From an uncultured Actinomycetota bacterium (lineage in GTDB: Bacteria; Actinomycetota; Actinomycetes; Actinomycetales; CAVURS01), in NCBI GenBank assembly GCA_963794535.1, contig CAWCEI010000013.1, forward strand, positions 56,185 to 120,184: 64,000 nucleotides of DNA, written 5' to 3'. Of the stretch, positions 1 through 10,632 are shown piece after piece. Below the pieces are notes generated by a model. It was not told the DNA's origin. It did not search any database and worked only from the letters and a program-made list of their open reading frames with translations. How positions within the stretch are numbered: the stretch's first letter is position 1; every line of letters starts with the position of its first letter. The translations under genes and the position numbers were made by a program.

Positions 1-1370
1 CGCTCGTCGATGCCGCGCTCGAACGGGCCAGCCACCACCCGGCGTACACCGTTGTGCTGCAACGACCGGAGCGCGCGGACATCGTGGCCGCGATGGGCGA
101 GCACGACGTGGACTGGGCCGAGGTGATGGCCCCTGGTGCCGTTCAACCGGCGGAATGCGTTGCGGTGCAATCGACTGACCCGCTCTACGTCCTCTACACG
201 AGTGGCACGACCGGCAAACCCAAGGGGATCGTCCGCGACAACGGCGGGCACGCGGTGGCGCTGCGCTGGTCGATGGCCAACATCTACGACGCGCGGCCGG
301 GCGAGGTCTGGTGGACCGCCAGCGATGTCGGCTGGGTGGTCGGCCACTCCTACATCGTCTACGCGCCACTCCTGACCGGCTGTACGACGGTGATGTACGA
401 GGGCAAACCCGTTGGTACGCCGGACGCCGGTGCGTTCTGGCGGGTCGTCGGCGAGCATCGGGTCACCGGGCTGTTCACCGCGCCGACAGCCATCCGCGCG
501 ATCAAGAAGGAGGACCCGGACGGCGCACTCATGGCAGGTCATGACCTGTCGGCGTTGCGCACGCTCTTCCTCGCGGGGGAGCGGCTCGACCCCGACACTT
601 ACTACTGGGCAAGCGAACGGCTCGGGATCCCGGTCATCGACCACTGGTGGCAGACCGAGACCGGCTGGCCGATCGTGGCGAACCTGCGGGGGCTGGAGCC
701 GATGCCGGTCAAGGCGGGGTCGCCGACCGTGCCGGTGCCGGGTTTCGACGTACAGGTCCTGGACGAGCGCGGCGATCGGGTCGGCCCTGGCGTCGAGGGG
801 GCGATCTGCATCCGGCTGCCGATGCCGCCCGGGACGCTGCCGACGCTGTGGCACGACGACGACCGGTTCGTGGCGTCGTACCTGTCGGCGTACGACGGGT
901 ACTACCTCAGCGGCGACGGCGGCTACGTCGACGAGGACGGCTACGTGTTCGTGATGGGCCGCACCGACGACGTGCTCAACGTGGCCGGGCACCGGCTCTC
1001 GACCGGGTCGCTTGAGGCGGCGCTGGCCGGTCATCCGGCCGTGGCCGAGTGTGCGGTGATCGGCGTCTACGACGAGCTGAAGGGTCAGGTCCCGCGCGGG
1101 CTGGTCGTGCTCAAGGCCGGGGTGCAGGTCGATCCGGAGGCGGTGCGGGCCGAGCTGGTGCAGCGGGTCCGCGACGAGGTCGGCGCCGTGGCCTCGCTGC
1201 GCCAGGTCGACATCGTGACCGCGCTGCCCAAGACCCGCTCCGGCAAGATCCTGCGCAAGACGATGCGCGAGATCGCCGACGGTCACGACCCGGCCGTCCC
1301 CAGCACCATTGAGGACGCCAGCGTGCTCGATGCCCTCGCGGCGACCCTCCGCCCGCCCGGCTCCGGCTGA
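1..1370 (+). CDS. AMP-forming acyl-CoA synthetase (acetyl/propionyl-CoA synthetase-like); 5' end lies outside the window
   Basis: The frame of ORF 54..1370 stays open back to nt 3. It has the AMP-binding signature YTSGTTGKPKGIV, GRTDDVLNVAGHRLST and the C-terminal PKTRSGKILRK of the ANL superfamily. Confidence 0.85.
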   Translation, partial: LVDAALERASHHPAYTVVLQRPERADIVAAMGEHDVDWAEVMAPGAVQPAECVAVQSTDPLYVLYTSGTTGKPKGIVRDNGGHAVALRWSMANIYDARPGEVWWTASDVGWVVGHSYIVYAPLLTGCTTVMYEGKPVGTPDAGAFWRVVGEHRVTGLFTAPTAIRAIKKEDPDGALMAGHDLSALRTLFLAGERLDPDTYYWASERLGIPVIDHWWQTETGWPIVANLRGLEPMPVKAGSPTVPVPGFDVQVLDERGDRVGPGVEGAICIRLPMPPGTLPTLWHDDDRFVASYLSAYDGYYLSGDGGYVDEDGYVFVMGRTDDVLNVAGHRLSTGSLEAALAGHPAVAECAVIGVYDELKGQVPRGLVVLKAGVQVDPEAVRAELVQRVRDEVGAVASLRQVDIVTALPKTRSGKILRKTMREIADGHDPAVPSTIEDASVLDALAATLRPPGSG

Positions 1371-1443
1371 CGAGGTCGCTCACTCGGCCGACGCGTCCGC
1401 GCGCCTCGCTGGCTTCGCGGGCCCCCGCAGGTACGCTCCGAGC

Positions 1444-1902
1444 GTGGCCAGGGCGAGTTCGAGCACCCGAGCGGGGGCACCCGCGAGCCTTGCGCGTGCG
1501 GTCGAGGAGTCGTCCCTCGCCTTCGTCGACCTGACGGTGGCGGCCGTTGCCGCCGAGGGCGCCGTGTCGCTGCCCCAGCTGCGGGCCCTGCTCGCCCTGG
1601 AGCGGTCCGGCCCGGTCAACCTGAGCGGTTTCGCCGCCAGCATCGACTCCTCGCTCCCGTCAGCCAGCCGCCTGGCCGGGCGGCTCGAGCAGGCTGGGCT
1701 GATCGTCCGCGGGGCCAGTAAGACGAGCGGCCGTGAGGTGGAGATCCGGCTCACGGCAGGCGGTCGGGGCGCGTTGACCGCCCTCCGGGCGGCCCGCCGC
1801 AAGGAGATCGCCCGGGTGCTGCGCCGCCTCGACGCGGCCAGCGCCGACCGGCTCGCCTCCGCGTTGGAGAGCTTCGCGACGGCGTACGGCCAGCCGGCCT
1901 GA
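1444..1902 (+). CDS. MarR family transcriptional regulator
   Basis: The distal part of ORF 1309..1902 reads as a winged-helix MarR domain (LPQLRALLALERSGPVNLSGFAASIDSSLPSASRLAGRLEQAGLIVR..EVEIRLTAGG). The start is set at in-frame GTG 1444 and is uncertain. Confidence 0.6.
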   Translation: MARASSSTRAGAPASLARAVEESSLAFVDLTVAAVAAEGAVSLPQLRALLALERSGPVNLSGFAASIDSSLPSASRLAGRLEQAGLIVRGASKTSGREVEIRLTAGGRGALTALRAARRKEIARVLRRLDAASADRLASALESFATAYGQPA

Positions 1903-2056
1903 CGCAGGCCCCGCCCGCTCGGCCAGCACCTTCTGACGCCGCCCCACGCCGGCCTCGTGGTAGCGCCGAACCGCGCCCAGCCGCCCGAGCCCTGTGGTTG
2001 TCGTAGGGCGGGTGTAAGTATGGAGGCAGCATCCGTTTGTCAGAGCCGGGAGAGAC

Positions 2057-3674
2057 ATGAGCAAGTGGCGCGGCAACCCGTGGGCGATCCTGATCACCCT
2101 GTCCCTCGGCTTCTTCATGACGCTGCTCGACCTGACGATCGTCAACATCGCGATCCCGAGCATGATCACCGCCCTGGGCGCCTCGCTGGACGAGATCCTC
2201 TGGGTGGTCAACGCCTACGTGCTCGTGCTCGCCGTCCTGCTCATCACGGCCGGTCGGCTGGGTGACCTGCGCGGCCAGCGCAAGCTGTTCGTCGCTGGCG
2301 TTGTCGTGTTCACCCTGGCCAGCCTGGCGTGTGGCCTGGCGCCGAACCCGACCCTGCTGATCGCGTTCCGCGCTGTGCAGGGCATCGGTGCCGCGATGCT
2401 GATGCCACAGACGATGGCCATCATCATCGGGACGTTCCCGGCCGAGCGACGTGGCACTGCGCTCGGCATCTGGGGCGCCGTTGCCGGCCTGGCGACGGTG
2501 GCCGGCCCGACTCTTGGCGGTGTCCTGGTGACCTACGCCAGCTGGCGCTGGATCTTCATCGTCAACGTGCCGATCGGTGTGCTCGTCCTGGTCATGACCT
2601 TCGCCTTCATCCCGGACACCCGGATGGAGCGCCAGCACAAGCTCGACCTGGTCGGCGTCGGCCTGGCGACAGCCGGCCTGTTCTGCCTGACCTTCGCGCT
2701 CATCGAGGGCCAGCGCTTCTCCTGGAACGCCGGGATCATGGCGCTGTTCGCTGCGTTCGTGGTGTTCGCCGTGGTCTTCCTGGTGCAACAGCGCGGCCGC
2801 CAGGACGCCGAGCCGCTGGTGCCGTTCTCGTTGTTCAAGAACCGCAACTTCACCGTGATCAACACGGTGGCCTCGCTCGTGTCCGTGGCGATTCTCGGCT
2901 TCTTCCTGCCGATCACGATCTACCTGCAGTCCGTGCTCGGCTACTCCGCCATCAAGGCCGGTCTGATCCTGGCGCCGATGTCACTGATCGCCCTGCTGCT
3001 CGCCCCGATCGCTGGCCGGATGTCGGACCAGATCGGCGGCAAGTTCATCCTGATGACCGGCCTGACCTTGTACGCCGTGGGAGCGCTCGTGCTCACCCTG
3101 CAGGCCCAAGCCGACTCGAGCTGGGTCGAGCTTCCTGCCGGCCGTCGCGATCATGGGTCTGGGCATGGGTGGCATCTGGGCGCCCATGGCGACGGAGGCC
3201 ATGCGCGGCGTGCCGCCGATGCTGGCCGGTGCCGCGGCCGGCGTGAACAACACCCTGCGCCAGGTGGGGTCGGTCGTTGGAAGCGCCGCGGTCGGTGCCC
3301 TGCTGCAGAACCAGCTGGCGACGACATTGCGCGAGGAGGCCATCACGCGGTCGGCCGCTCTCCCGGCGCAGTACCGATCCGGCTTCGTCCAGAGCTTCGC
3401 GGCCAGCGCCAAGGGCGGGATCGAGGTCGGTCCCAGCCAGGTCACGACGGGCGCCGGTGTCCCGGCCGACGTGGCGGCCAAGCTGCACCAGGTCGGTCTC
3501 GCCGTGTTCCAGCACGGATACGTCCGGGCGATGCACCCGACGTTGATCCTGCCCATCGCGGCGGCGTTCGCGGCAGCAGCCATGTGCCTGCTCGCCACCC
3601 GGCACACAACGGGCACCCAGCCCACCGGCCCGGCCAAAGCGGAGGCGCAGAGCGCGCCGGCGGCCCAGGGCTGA
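2057..3674 (+). CDS. MFS transporter, DHA2 (EmrB/QacA-like) family; one apparent frameshift near 3130
   Basis: MFS motifs are present (LDLTIVNIAIPSM, GRLGDLRGQRKLF, AVQGIGAAMLMP). After ~3130 the protein continues in the frame of ORF 3153..3674 (GLGMGGIWAPMATEAMRGVP..NNTLRQVGSVVGSA). Confidence 0.75.
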
Positions 3675-3675
3675 C

Positions 3676-4332
3676 TCAGGTGCGACCGGTCGGCCAGCTC
3701 GCCAGGTAGGCGGGAACCGGCGGGTCGCCGCGCAGGTCCGAGGCCGCCCTCGGCTCGCCCCAGACGTGATGCAGCGGCAGCACGCCGGCCCAGTAGGGCA
3801 GGTCCAGGTCCTCGTCCTGGTCGTCAGGGTCGACGTGGTCGCTGACCTTGAGCGACCACTCCTCGATCGGCAGGGCCAGCACCGAGGTCTGCGCCAGCTC
3901 CTTCTTGGACGGCCCGCGCGAGTCGGCGCCGCGGCCCGGCATCAGGTGCTCCGTGATCACCCCGAGGGCGGCCAGCCGGGCCGGGCCCTTGAGCTCCTCG
4001 CAGCGGCCGAGCAGCATCGCGCTGCGGTAGTTCATCGACGACTCGAACTGGCTGCGCGCCAGCACCAGGCCGTCGACGATGGTGACCGTGAGGCAGGTCG
4101 GCTCGCCCTCGGCCAGCCCGCGGAACAGCCGAGCCCCCGTCGAGCCGTGGCACAGCACGCGGTCACCGTCGCGGGCCACCCCGACCGGTACGACGAACGG
4201 CCAGCCGTCCGTCACCACCGCGAGGTGGCCGATGAGGGCCGAGTCGAGCAGCCGGTCCAGCGCAGCGCGGTCCGAGACCTGCTTCTCGGGAATGCGCCGC
4301 ACCTGGGTGCGGGGAATGTCGGAGCGAGGCAT
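3676..4332 (-). CDS. Pyridoxamine 5'-phosphate oxidase family (FMN-binding split-barrel) protein
   Basis: Intact 218-aa ORF. The pattern LDRLLDSALIGHLAVVTDGWPFVVPVGVARDGDRVLCHGSTG is typical of PPOX-class flavin-binding proteins. It lies 13 nt downstream of the aminotransferase gene on the same strand. Confidence 0.55.
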   Translation of the reverse strand: MPRSDIPRTQVRRIPEKQVSDRAALDRLLDSALIGHLAVVTDGWPFVVPVGVARDGDRVLCHGSTGARLFRGLAEGEPTCLTVTIVDGLVLARSQFESSMNYRSAMLLGRCEELKGPARLAALGVITEHLMPGRGADSRGPSKKELAQTSVLALPIEEWSLKVSDHVDPDDQDEDLDLPYWAGVLPLHHVWGEPRAASDLRGDPPVPAYLASWPTGRT

Positions 4333-4345
4333 CAGATCGCGTGTC

Positions 4346-5743
4346 TCACAGCAGGTTTGACGCCTCGGTGAGGACCCCGCGCAGCATCTGCTCGATGTCG
4401 TCGAACTCGGGCTGGCCGACGATCAGCGGCGGCGCGAGCTGCACGACGGGGTCGCCGCGGTCGTCTGCGCGGCAGTAGATGCCGGCCTCGAACAGCGCCT
4501 TCGAGAGGAAGCCGCGCAGCAGCCGCTCAGCCTCGTCGTCGTCGAAGGTCTCGCGGGTCTCCTTGTTCTTGACCAGCTCGATCCCGTAGAAGTAGCCCTC
4601 GCCGCGGACGTCGCCGACGATCGGGATGTCGAGCAGCTTCTCCAGGGTCGCCCGGAAGCGCGGCGCGTTCTCGTGGACGTGGTCGACGATCCCCTCCCGC
4701 TCGAAGATGTCGAGGTTGGCCATCGCCACCGCAGCGGAGACCGGGTGGCCGCCAAAGGTGTAGCCGTGGGGGAACGACGTCTGTCCCTTCTTGAACGGCT
4801 CGAACAGCCGGTCGCTGGCGATCATCGCGCCGATGGGGGAGTAGCCCGAGGTCATTCCCTTGGCGCAGGTGATGATGTCCGGCGTATAGCCGAAGTCGTT
4901 GCAGGCGAACAGCTCCCCGATCCGGCCGAAGGCGCAGATCACCTCGTCCGAGACGAGCAGGACGTCGTACTCGTCGCAGATCTCGCGGACCCGCTCGAAG
5001 TAGCCGGGCGGCGGCGGGAAGCAGCCGCCGGAGTTCTGCACCGGCTCGAGGAAGACGGCCGCGACGGAGTCGGCTCCCTCGAACTCGATCGCCTCGGCGA
5101 TCCGGTCCGCGGCCCACCGGCCGAACGCCTTGACGTCGTCGCGCAGGTGCTCCGGCGCGCGGTAGTGGTTGGTGTTGGGCACCTTGTGCGCCCCGGGCAC
5201 CAGCGGCTCGAACGGGATCCGCGCCTCGGGGATGCCGGTGATGGACAGCGCACCCTGCGGCGTGCCGTGGTAGGCGATCGCCCGGCTGATGACCTTGTAC
5301 TTGGTCGGCTTGCCCATCAGCTTCCAGTACTGCTTGGCCAGCTTCCAGGCGGTCTCGACGGCCTCGCCGCCGCCGGTGGTGAAGAAGACGCGGTTGAGGT
5401 CGCCCGGCGTCGACTGGGTCAGCCGCTCGGCCAGCTCGATCGCCGGCGGGTGGGCGTAGGACCAGAGCGGGAAGAACCCCAGGTCGCGGGCCTGCTTGGC
5501 CGCGGCCTCGGCCAGCTCCTCGCGACCGTGACCGACCTGGACGACGAACAGCCCGGCCAGGCCGTCGAGGTAGCGCCGGCCCTTGTCGTCGTAGATGTAC
5601 GCGCCCTCACCCCGCACGATGACCGGGACCGAACCGCCGTCCTCGAACGTCGAGTGCCGGGTGAAGTGCATCCACAGGTTGTCGCGAGCGGCGTCGGCGT
5701 ACGGCGTGCCGAGCCGGGTGGTCGAACTGCCTTGCGTGGTCAT
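4346..5743 (-). CDS. Class III PLP-dependent aminotransferase (omega-amine/putrescine-type)
   Basis: Intact 465-aa ORF with class III fold motifs: FFTTGGGEAVETAWK, LVSDEVICAFGRIGELFA and ITCAKGMTSGY (Schiff-base Lys). Confidence 0.85.
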   Translation of the reverse strand: MTTQGSSTTRLGTPYADAARDNLWMHFTRHSTFEDGGSVPVIVRGEGAYIYDDKGRRYLDGLAGLFVVQVGHGREELAEAAAKQARDLGFFPLWSYAHPPAIELAERLTQSTPGDLNRVFFTTGGGEAVETAWKLAKQYWKLMGKPTKYKVISRAIAYHGTPQGALSITGIPEARIPFEPLVPGAHKVPNTNHYRAPEHLRDDVKAFGRWAADRIAEAIEFEGADSVAAVFLEPVQNSGGCFPPPPGYFERVREICDEYDVLLVSDEVICAFGRIGELFACNDFGYTPDIITCAKGMTSGYSPIGAMIASDRLFEPFKKGQTSFPHGYTFGGHPVSAAVAMANLDIFEREGIVDHVHENAPRFRATLEKLLDIPIVGDVRGEGYFYGIELVKNKETRETFDDDEAERLLRGFLSKALFEAGIYCRADDRGDPVVQLAPPLIVGQPEFDDIEQMLRGVLTEASNLL

Positions 5744-6213
5744 CGGGTTCCCCAGTTATAGAGCTGCTTGCGGAGCTTGAGATAGACGAAGGTCTCGGTG
5801 CTGACAACCCCCGGGATCGTGCGGATACGCGTGCTGATCAGGTTGAGCAGGTCATCGTCGTCCTCGCAGACGACCTCGACCAGGATGTCGAAGCTGCCCG
5901 CGGTCACGACCACGTAGTCGACCTCCGGCATCGCGGCCAGCCGGTCGGCGACCTCGGTCAGGTCGCCCTCGGTCCGCAGCCCGATCATGGCCTGACGGCT
6001 GAAGCCCACCTGGAGCGGATCGGTCACCGCGACGATCTGGACGACCCCGGACTCCAGCAGCCGTTGGACCCGTTGGCGGACCGCTGCCTCGGACAGACCG
6101 ACCGCCTTGCCGATGGCGGCGTACGGGCGCCGGCCGTCCTCCTGGAGCTGGTCGATGATCCGTTTCGAGACCTCGTCCAGGATCGGCGACGGTCCATGGT
6201 CTCGGGGGCTCAC
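5740..6213 (-). CDS. Lrp/AsnC family transcriptional regulator
   Basis: HTH_AsnC plus ligand domain (ILDEVSKRIIDQLQEDGRRPYAAIGKAVGLSEAAVRQRVQRLLESGVVQI). The start is set at GTG 6213. Its stop overlaps the aminotransferase start (ATGA). Confidence 0.8.
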   Translation of the reverse strand: MSPRDHGPSPILDEVSKRIIDQLQEDGRRPYAAIGKAVGLSEAAVRQRVQRLLESGVVQIVAVTDPLQVGFSRQAMIGLRTEGDLTEVADRLAAMPEVDYVVVTAGSFDILVEVVCEDDDDLLNLISTRIRTIPGVVSTETFVYLKLRKQLYNWGTR

Positions 6214-6383
6214 ACGCGTGATCCTGGCGCGAACTGCGCGACCAATGCAAGCGAATCCGTCGTCAGAGGGCCATCTGACCCGTGAAATCAGCACTTTCGG
6301 TGATCTGGGACTATCGATCCCAGCCGGATCTGAGGCTAGAGTCTGGCATCGACTGAACGTGCGTTCCACGACAGGGAGACTCA

Positions 6384-7829
6384 GTGAGCACCGCCACCCG
6401 CACCTTGCGCAACTTCGTCGACGGGGAGCACGTCGACCCCGCTGACGGGCGGACCATCGACATCATCGACCCGTCGACCGCGCAGGTCGTCGCGACGTCC
6501 CCGGTGTCGGGTGCCGAGGATGTCGACAAGGCGTACGCCGCGGCGGCGAAGGCGTTCGAGGGCTGGCGCGACACCACGCCCAGCGAGCGGCAGAAGGCGC
6601 TGCTCAAGATCGCGGACGCGATCGAGGAGGCCAGCGACGAGCTGGTCAAGCTCGAGGCGCAGAACACCGGCAAGCCCTGGGCCCTGACGGCGAGCGAAGA
6701 GATCCCGCCGATGGTCGACCAGATCCGGTTCTTCGCCGGCGCGGCGCGGGTCCTCGAGGGCCGCGCCTCCGGGGAGTACCTGGCCGGGCACACCAGCTGG
6801 ATCCGGCGCGAGCCGGTCGGTGTCATCGGGCAGGTCGCGCCGTGGAACTACCCGATGATGATGGCCGTCTGGAAGTTCGCCCCCGCGATCGCCGCCGGCA
6901 ACACCGTCGTGCTCAAGCCGAGTGACACGACCCCCGAGACGACGCTGCGCATGGCCGAGATCGCCGCCCAGTTCCTGCCGCCGGGTGTGCTCAACGTCAT
7001 CACCGGCGATCGCGACACCGGCCGCCTGCTCGTCGAACACCCCACTCCCGCAATGGTTTCCATCACCGGCTCGGTGCGAGCAGGCATGGAGGTCGCCGCG
7101 TCGGCGGCCAAGGACGTGAAGCGGGTCCACCTCGAGCTCGGCGGCAAGGCACCGGTCATCGTCTTCGACGACGCCGACGTCGAGGCCGCCGCCGAAGCCA
7201 TCGCCATCGCGGGCTACTTCAACGCGGGACAGGACTGTACGGCGGCGACCCGCGTGCTGGCCGGGCCGCGGGTGCACGACGACTTCGTCGCGGCCCTGGC
7301 CGAGCAGGCCAAGGGTGCGCACGTCGGCAAGCCCGATGACGACGACGCGCTGCTCGGCCCGGTCAACAACGCCGGCCAGCTCGAGCGGGTCTCCGGCTTC
7401 CTGAGCCGGCTGCCGGACCGGGCCGTCCTGCAGGCCGGCGGCCAACGGCTCAGCGAGCTCGGTGACGGCTACTTCCTCTCTCCGGCGGTCGTGTCCGGAG
7501 TCCAGCAGGACGACGAGGTCATCCAGCAGGAGATCTTCGGTCCGGTCATCACGGTCCAGAAGTTCTCCGACGAGGAGGAGGCGCTGCGCTGGGCGAACGG
7601 TGTGCCCTATGCGTTGGCGTCGAGTGTGTGGACCAAGGACTTCGGCCGGGCCATGCGGATGTCGCGACGGCTCGACTTCGGCTGCGTCTGGATCAACACG
7701 CACATCCCGCTCGTGGCCGAGATGCCACACGGCGGGTTCAAGCACAGTGGCTACGGCAAGGACCTGTCGATGTACGGGTTCGAGGACTACACGCGGATCA
7801 AGCACGTCATGGCCAACCTGGACAGCTGA
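6384..7829 (+). CDS. NAD(P)-dependent aldehyde dehydrogenase (aminobutyraldehyde dehydrogenase-like)
   Basis: Intact 481-aa ORF with the ALDH catalytic motifs ELGGKAPVIV and GQDCTAATR. Confidence 0.85.
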   Translation: MSTATRTLRNFVDGEHVDPADGRTIDIIDPSTAQVVATSPVSGAEDVDKAYAAAAKAFEGWRDTTPSERQKALLKIADAIEEASDELVKLEAQNTGKPWALTASEEIPPMVDQIRFFAGAARVLEGRASGEYLAGHTSWIRREPVGVIGQVAPWNYPMMMAVWKFAPAIAAGNTVVLKPSDTTPETTLRMAEIAAQFLPPGVLNVITGDRDTGRLLVEHPTPAMVSITGSVRAGMEVAASAAKDVKRVHLELGGKAPVIVFDDADVEAAAEAIAIAGYFNAGQDCTAATRVLAGPRVHDDFVAALAEQAKGAHVGKPDDDDALLGPVNNAGQLERVSGFLSRLPDRAVLQAGGQRLSELGDGYFLSPAVVSGVQQDDEVIQQEIFGPVITVQKFSDEEEALRWANGVPYALASSVWTKDFGRAMRMSRRLDFGCVWINTHIPLVAEMPHGGFKHSGYGKDLSMYGFEDYTRIKHVMANLDS

Positions 7830-7841
7830 AAGGGCTGATAC

Positions 7842-9377
7842 GTGAACGCTCCCGGTGAGGGGAACGGCACGGCCGCCTGGACCAATGGCTGGTCCCACGA
7901 CCAGCACCAGTGGATCGGCGGGAAGCCTCGCGCTGGCACGTCCGGCGCGCTGCACGACATCGTCGACCCGGCGAACGGCCAGACGCTGCAGTCGGTTTCG
8001 CTCGCCGGCGTCGAGGACGTCGAGGCCGCAGTCGACGCTGCGCGGGCGGCGCAGCCGGAGTGGGGGTCGGCCCCTCCCAGCGCCCGGTCGTCGGCGTTGC
8101 ACCGCCTCGCCGGCCTGCTCGACGAGCGGGCCGAGCTGTTCGCCCAGACCGAGTCGTGGCAGAGCGGCAAGCCGATCCGTCTGGCCCGGGAGTTCGACGT
8201 GCCGGGCACCGTGGACAACACGGCGTTCTTCGCCGGCGCCGCCCGCACTCTCGAGGGCCGCGCGGCGGGGGAGTACAGCCCGGACCACACGTCCGCCGTA
8301 CGCCGCGAGCCGGTCGGCATCGTCGGCTCCATCGCCCCGTGGAACTACCCGCTGCAGATGGCCGCGTGGAAGGTCCTGCCCGCTGTCGCGGCCGGCAACG
8401 CGATCGTGCTCAAGCCCAGCGAGCTCACCCCGCTGACCGCCCTGATGTTCGCCGAGGCCTGCTCCGACGCGGGGATCCCCGACGGCGTGGTCAACGTGCT
8501 CACCGGCGCCGGCCAGGTCGCGGGCGAGGCGCTGATCTCGCACCCGGACGTCGACATGGTCTCCTTCACCGGCTCCAGCGGCGTGGGCCGCCGGGTCATG
8601 GAGCTCGCCTCGGCCACGTCGAAGCGGGTCCATCTCGAGCTCGGCGGCAAGGCCCCCTTCGTCGTCCTGGACGACGCCGACCTCGAGGCTGCGGTGCACG
8701 GAGCCGTGGCCGGCGCGTTGATCAACTCCGGTCAGGACTGCACCGCGGCGACGAGGGCGATCGTCCACCGGTCGCTGGTCGACGACTTCGTCGCCGGGGT
8801 CGCCGACCTGATGTCCGCGGTGCGCCTGGGTGACCCGCGCGACACCGCCACGGACCTCGGGCCGCTGGTCTCAGCCGCACATGCCGCCCGGGTGGCCGGT
8901 CACGTCGACCGGGCCCGGGACGAGGGACACAAGATCGTCTGCGGTGGTTCCGCGCCCGGTGGTGCGCTGGCGGCCGGTGCCTACTACCAGCCCACGCTGG
9001 TCGTGGTCGACGGCCCGCAGGCGCGGATCTGGCGCGAGGAGGTCTTCGGCCCGGTGCTCGCGGTCCTGGCTGCGGATGATGACGATTCGGCTTTCGCCCT
9101 GGCGAACGACACGCCGTACGGGTTGGCTGCGTCGGTGTGGACTCGCGACATCTTCCGGGCCCAGCGCGGAACGCGGGAGATCCAGGCCGGCTGCGTCTGG
9201 GTCAACGACCACATCCCGATCATCAGCGAGATGCCGCACGGCGGCTACAAGGCATCGGGCTTCGGCAAGGACATGAGCATCTACTCGCTGGAGGAGTACA
9301 CGAACATCAAGCACGTGATGTCGGACATCACCGGAGTAGCCCGCAAGCCCTGGCACCGAACCGTTTTCACTCTCTGA
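7842..9377 (+). CDS. Aldehyde dehydrogenase family protein (second, tandem copy)
   Basis: Intact 511-aa ORF with ELGGKAPFVV and SGQDCTAATR motifs. It starts 12 nt after the first ALDH. Confidence 0.85.
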   Translation: MNAPGEGNGTAAWTNGWSHDQHQWIGGKPRAGTSGALHDIVDPANGQTLQSVSLAGVEDVEAAVDAARAAQPEWGSAPPSARSSALHRLAGLLDERAELFAQTESWQSGKPIRLAREFDVPGTVDNTAFFAGAARTLEGRAAGEYSPDHTSAVRREPVGIVGSIAPWNYPLQMAAWKVLPAVAAGNAIVLKPSELTPLTALMFAEACSDAGIPDGVVNVLTGAGQVAGEALISHPDVDMVSFTGSSGVGRRVMELASATSKRVHLELGGKAPFVVLDDADLEAAVHGAVAGALINSGQDCTAATRAIVHRSLVDDFVAGVADLMSAVRLGDPRDTATDLGPLVSAAHAARVAGHVDRARDEGHKIVCGGSAPGGALAAGAYYQPTLVVVDGPQARIWREEVFGPVLAVLAADDDDSAFALANDTPYGLAASVWTRDIFRAQRGTREIQAGCVWVNDHIPIISEMPHGGYKASGFGKDMSIYSLEEYTNIKHVMSDITGVARKPWHRTVFTL

Positions 9378-9405
9378 TCCTGCCCGTGACCCGAAGGAGC
9401 CTGGC

Positions 9406-10632
9406 GTGAGCCGTCGCCTACCGAAAGACCCCGTAGCCCGGATGCTCGCCCAGTCGATGAGGCCGTCGCGGCGTCAGTTCCTGGCCGGCGTGGGTGGAGC
9501 AGCCGGACTCGCGGCGCTCGCCGCCTGTGCGCCCCCGAAACCACCGGCGGCCCTGGGCGGCACTCAGGCCCTGAAACTGCCGACCGACGTGTCGGCCACG
9601 GAGAAGATCTGCAACTGGGCCAACTGGACGGCCTACCTCGACTACGACGACAAGACGAAGAAGTACCCGACGCTCGAGGCGTTCATGAAGGAGACCGGGA
9701 TCAAGGTCTCCTACACCGAGGACGTCAACGACAACGACAGCTACTTCAACAAGATCGCTCCGCAGCTGCGGGCCGGGCAGGACATCGAGCGCGACATCTT
9801 CGTCTTCACCGACTGGATGGCCAACCGGGTCATCCAGCAGCAGCTGGCCCAACCGCTCGAGCTGATCCAGATGCCGCACGCGGGCAACCTCCTGGACAAG
9901 CTCAAGGAGGTCTCGTTCGACCCGGGCCGCCAGCACTCACTGACCTGGCAGAGCGGCTTCTCGGGGATCGGCTACAACAAGAAGAAGGTCGGTCGCGAGC
10001 TCAAGTCGATCGCCGATCTCTGGTCGCCCGACCTCAAGGGCAAGGTCACGGTGCTGTCGGAGTTCCGCGACACCATCGGCTGCATCATGCTGGCGCAGGG
10101 CACCGACCCCTCGGGGAAGTTCACCCAGGCCCAGTTCGACAAGGCGGCCGAAGAGGTCACCAAGCGGACGTCGGACGGGCAGATCCGGCGGATCAAGGGC
10201 AACGACTACCTTCAGGACCTGCAGTCCGGCAACGCCGTCGCGGGCATCGTCTGGAGCGGCGACATCTTCGTCCTGGCGGACGAGACGAACGACCCGGACT
10301 GGACGTTCGTCCTGCCCGACTCGGGCGGGATGCTCTGGAGCGACAACATGATGGTCCCGATCACGTCGCGCCACCGGCACAACGCCGAGATGGTCATGGA
10401 CTACTACTACCGCCCCGACGTCGCGGCCCAGGTCGCGGCGTACGTCAACTACGTCTGTCCGGTGCAGGGCGCCCAGGAGGAGATGCAGAAGATCGACAAG
10501 GACCTGGCGGCCAGCCCGTTCATCTTCCCGACGGCCGACTTCCTGGCCAAGAACTCCAAGGTCTTCGCGGCCCTCGATCCGGCAGATGACCAGAAGTACT
10601 CCGCGCAGTGGGCCTCGGTGATTGGGAACTGA
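9406..10632 (+). CDS. Polyamine (spermidine/putrescine-type) ABC transporter substrate-binding lipoprotein
   Basis: Twin-arginine-like signal with lipobox (SRRQFLAGVGGAAGLAALAACAPP). The body is PotD/PotF-like, and the gene precedes PotA/B/C-type components. Confidence 0.8.
   Translation: MSRRLPKDPVARMLAQSMRPSRRQFLAGVGGAAGLAALAACAPPKPPAALGGTQALKLPTDVSATEKICNWANWTAYLDYDDKTKKYPTLEAFMKETGIKVSYTEDVNDNDSYFNKIAPQLRAGQDIERDIFVFTDWMANRVIQQQLAQPLELIQMPHAGNLLDKLKEVSFDPGRQHSLTWQSGFSGIGYNKKKVGRELKSIADLWSPDLKGKVTVLSEFRDTIGCIMLAQGTDPSGKFTQAQFDKAAEEVTKRTSDGQIRRIKGNDYLQDLQSGNAVAGIVWSGDIFVLADETNDPDWTFVLPDSGGMLWSDNMMVPITSRHRHNAEMVMDYYYRPDVAAQVAAYVNYVCPVQGAQEEMQKIDKDLAASPFIFPTADFLAKNSKVFAALDPADDQKYSAQWASVIGN

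Noticed and set aside
6381-8768. 795-aa ORF on the minus strand covering both aldehyde dehydrogenase genes
   Set aside because: It is antisense to two intact, motif-bearing ALDH genes. Its translation is Arg/Gly/Asp/Val-rich with no recognisable domain, which is the classic shadow ORF of GC-rich DNA.
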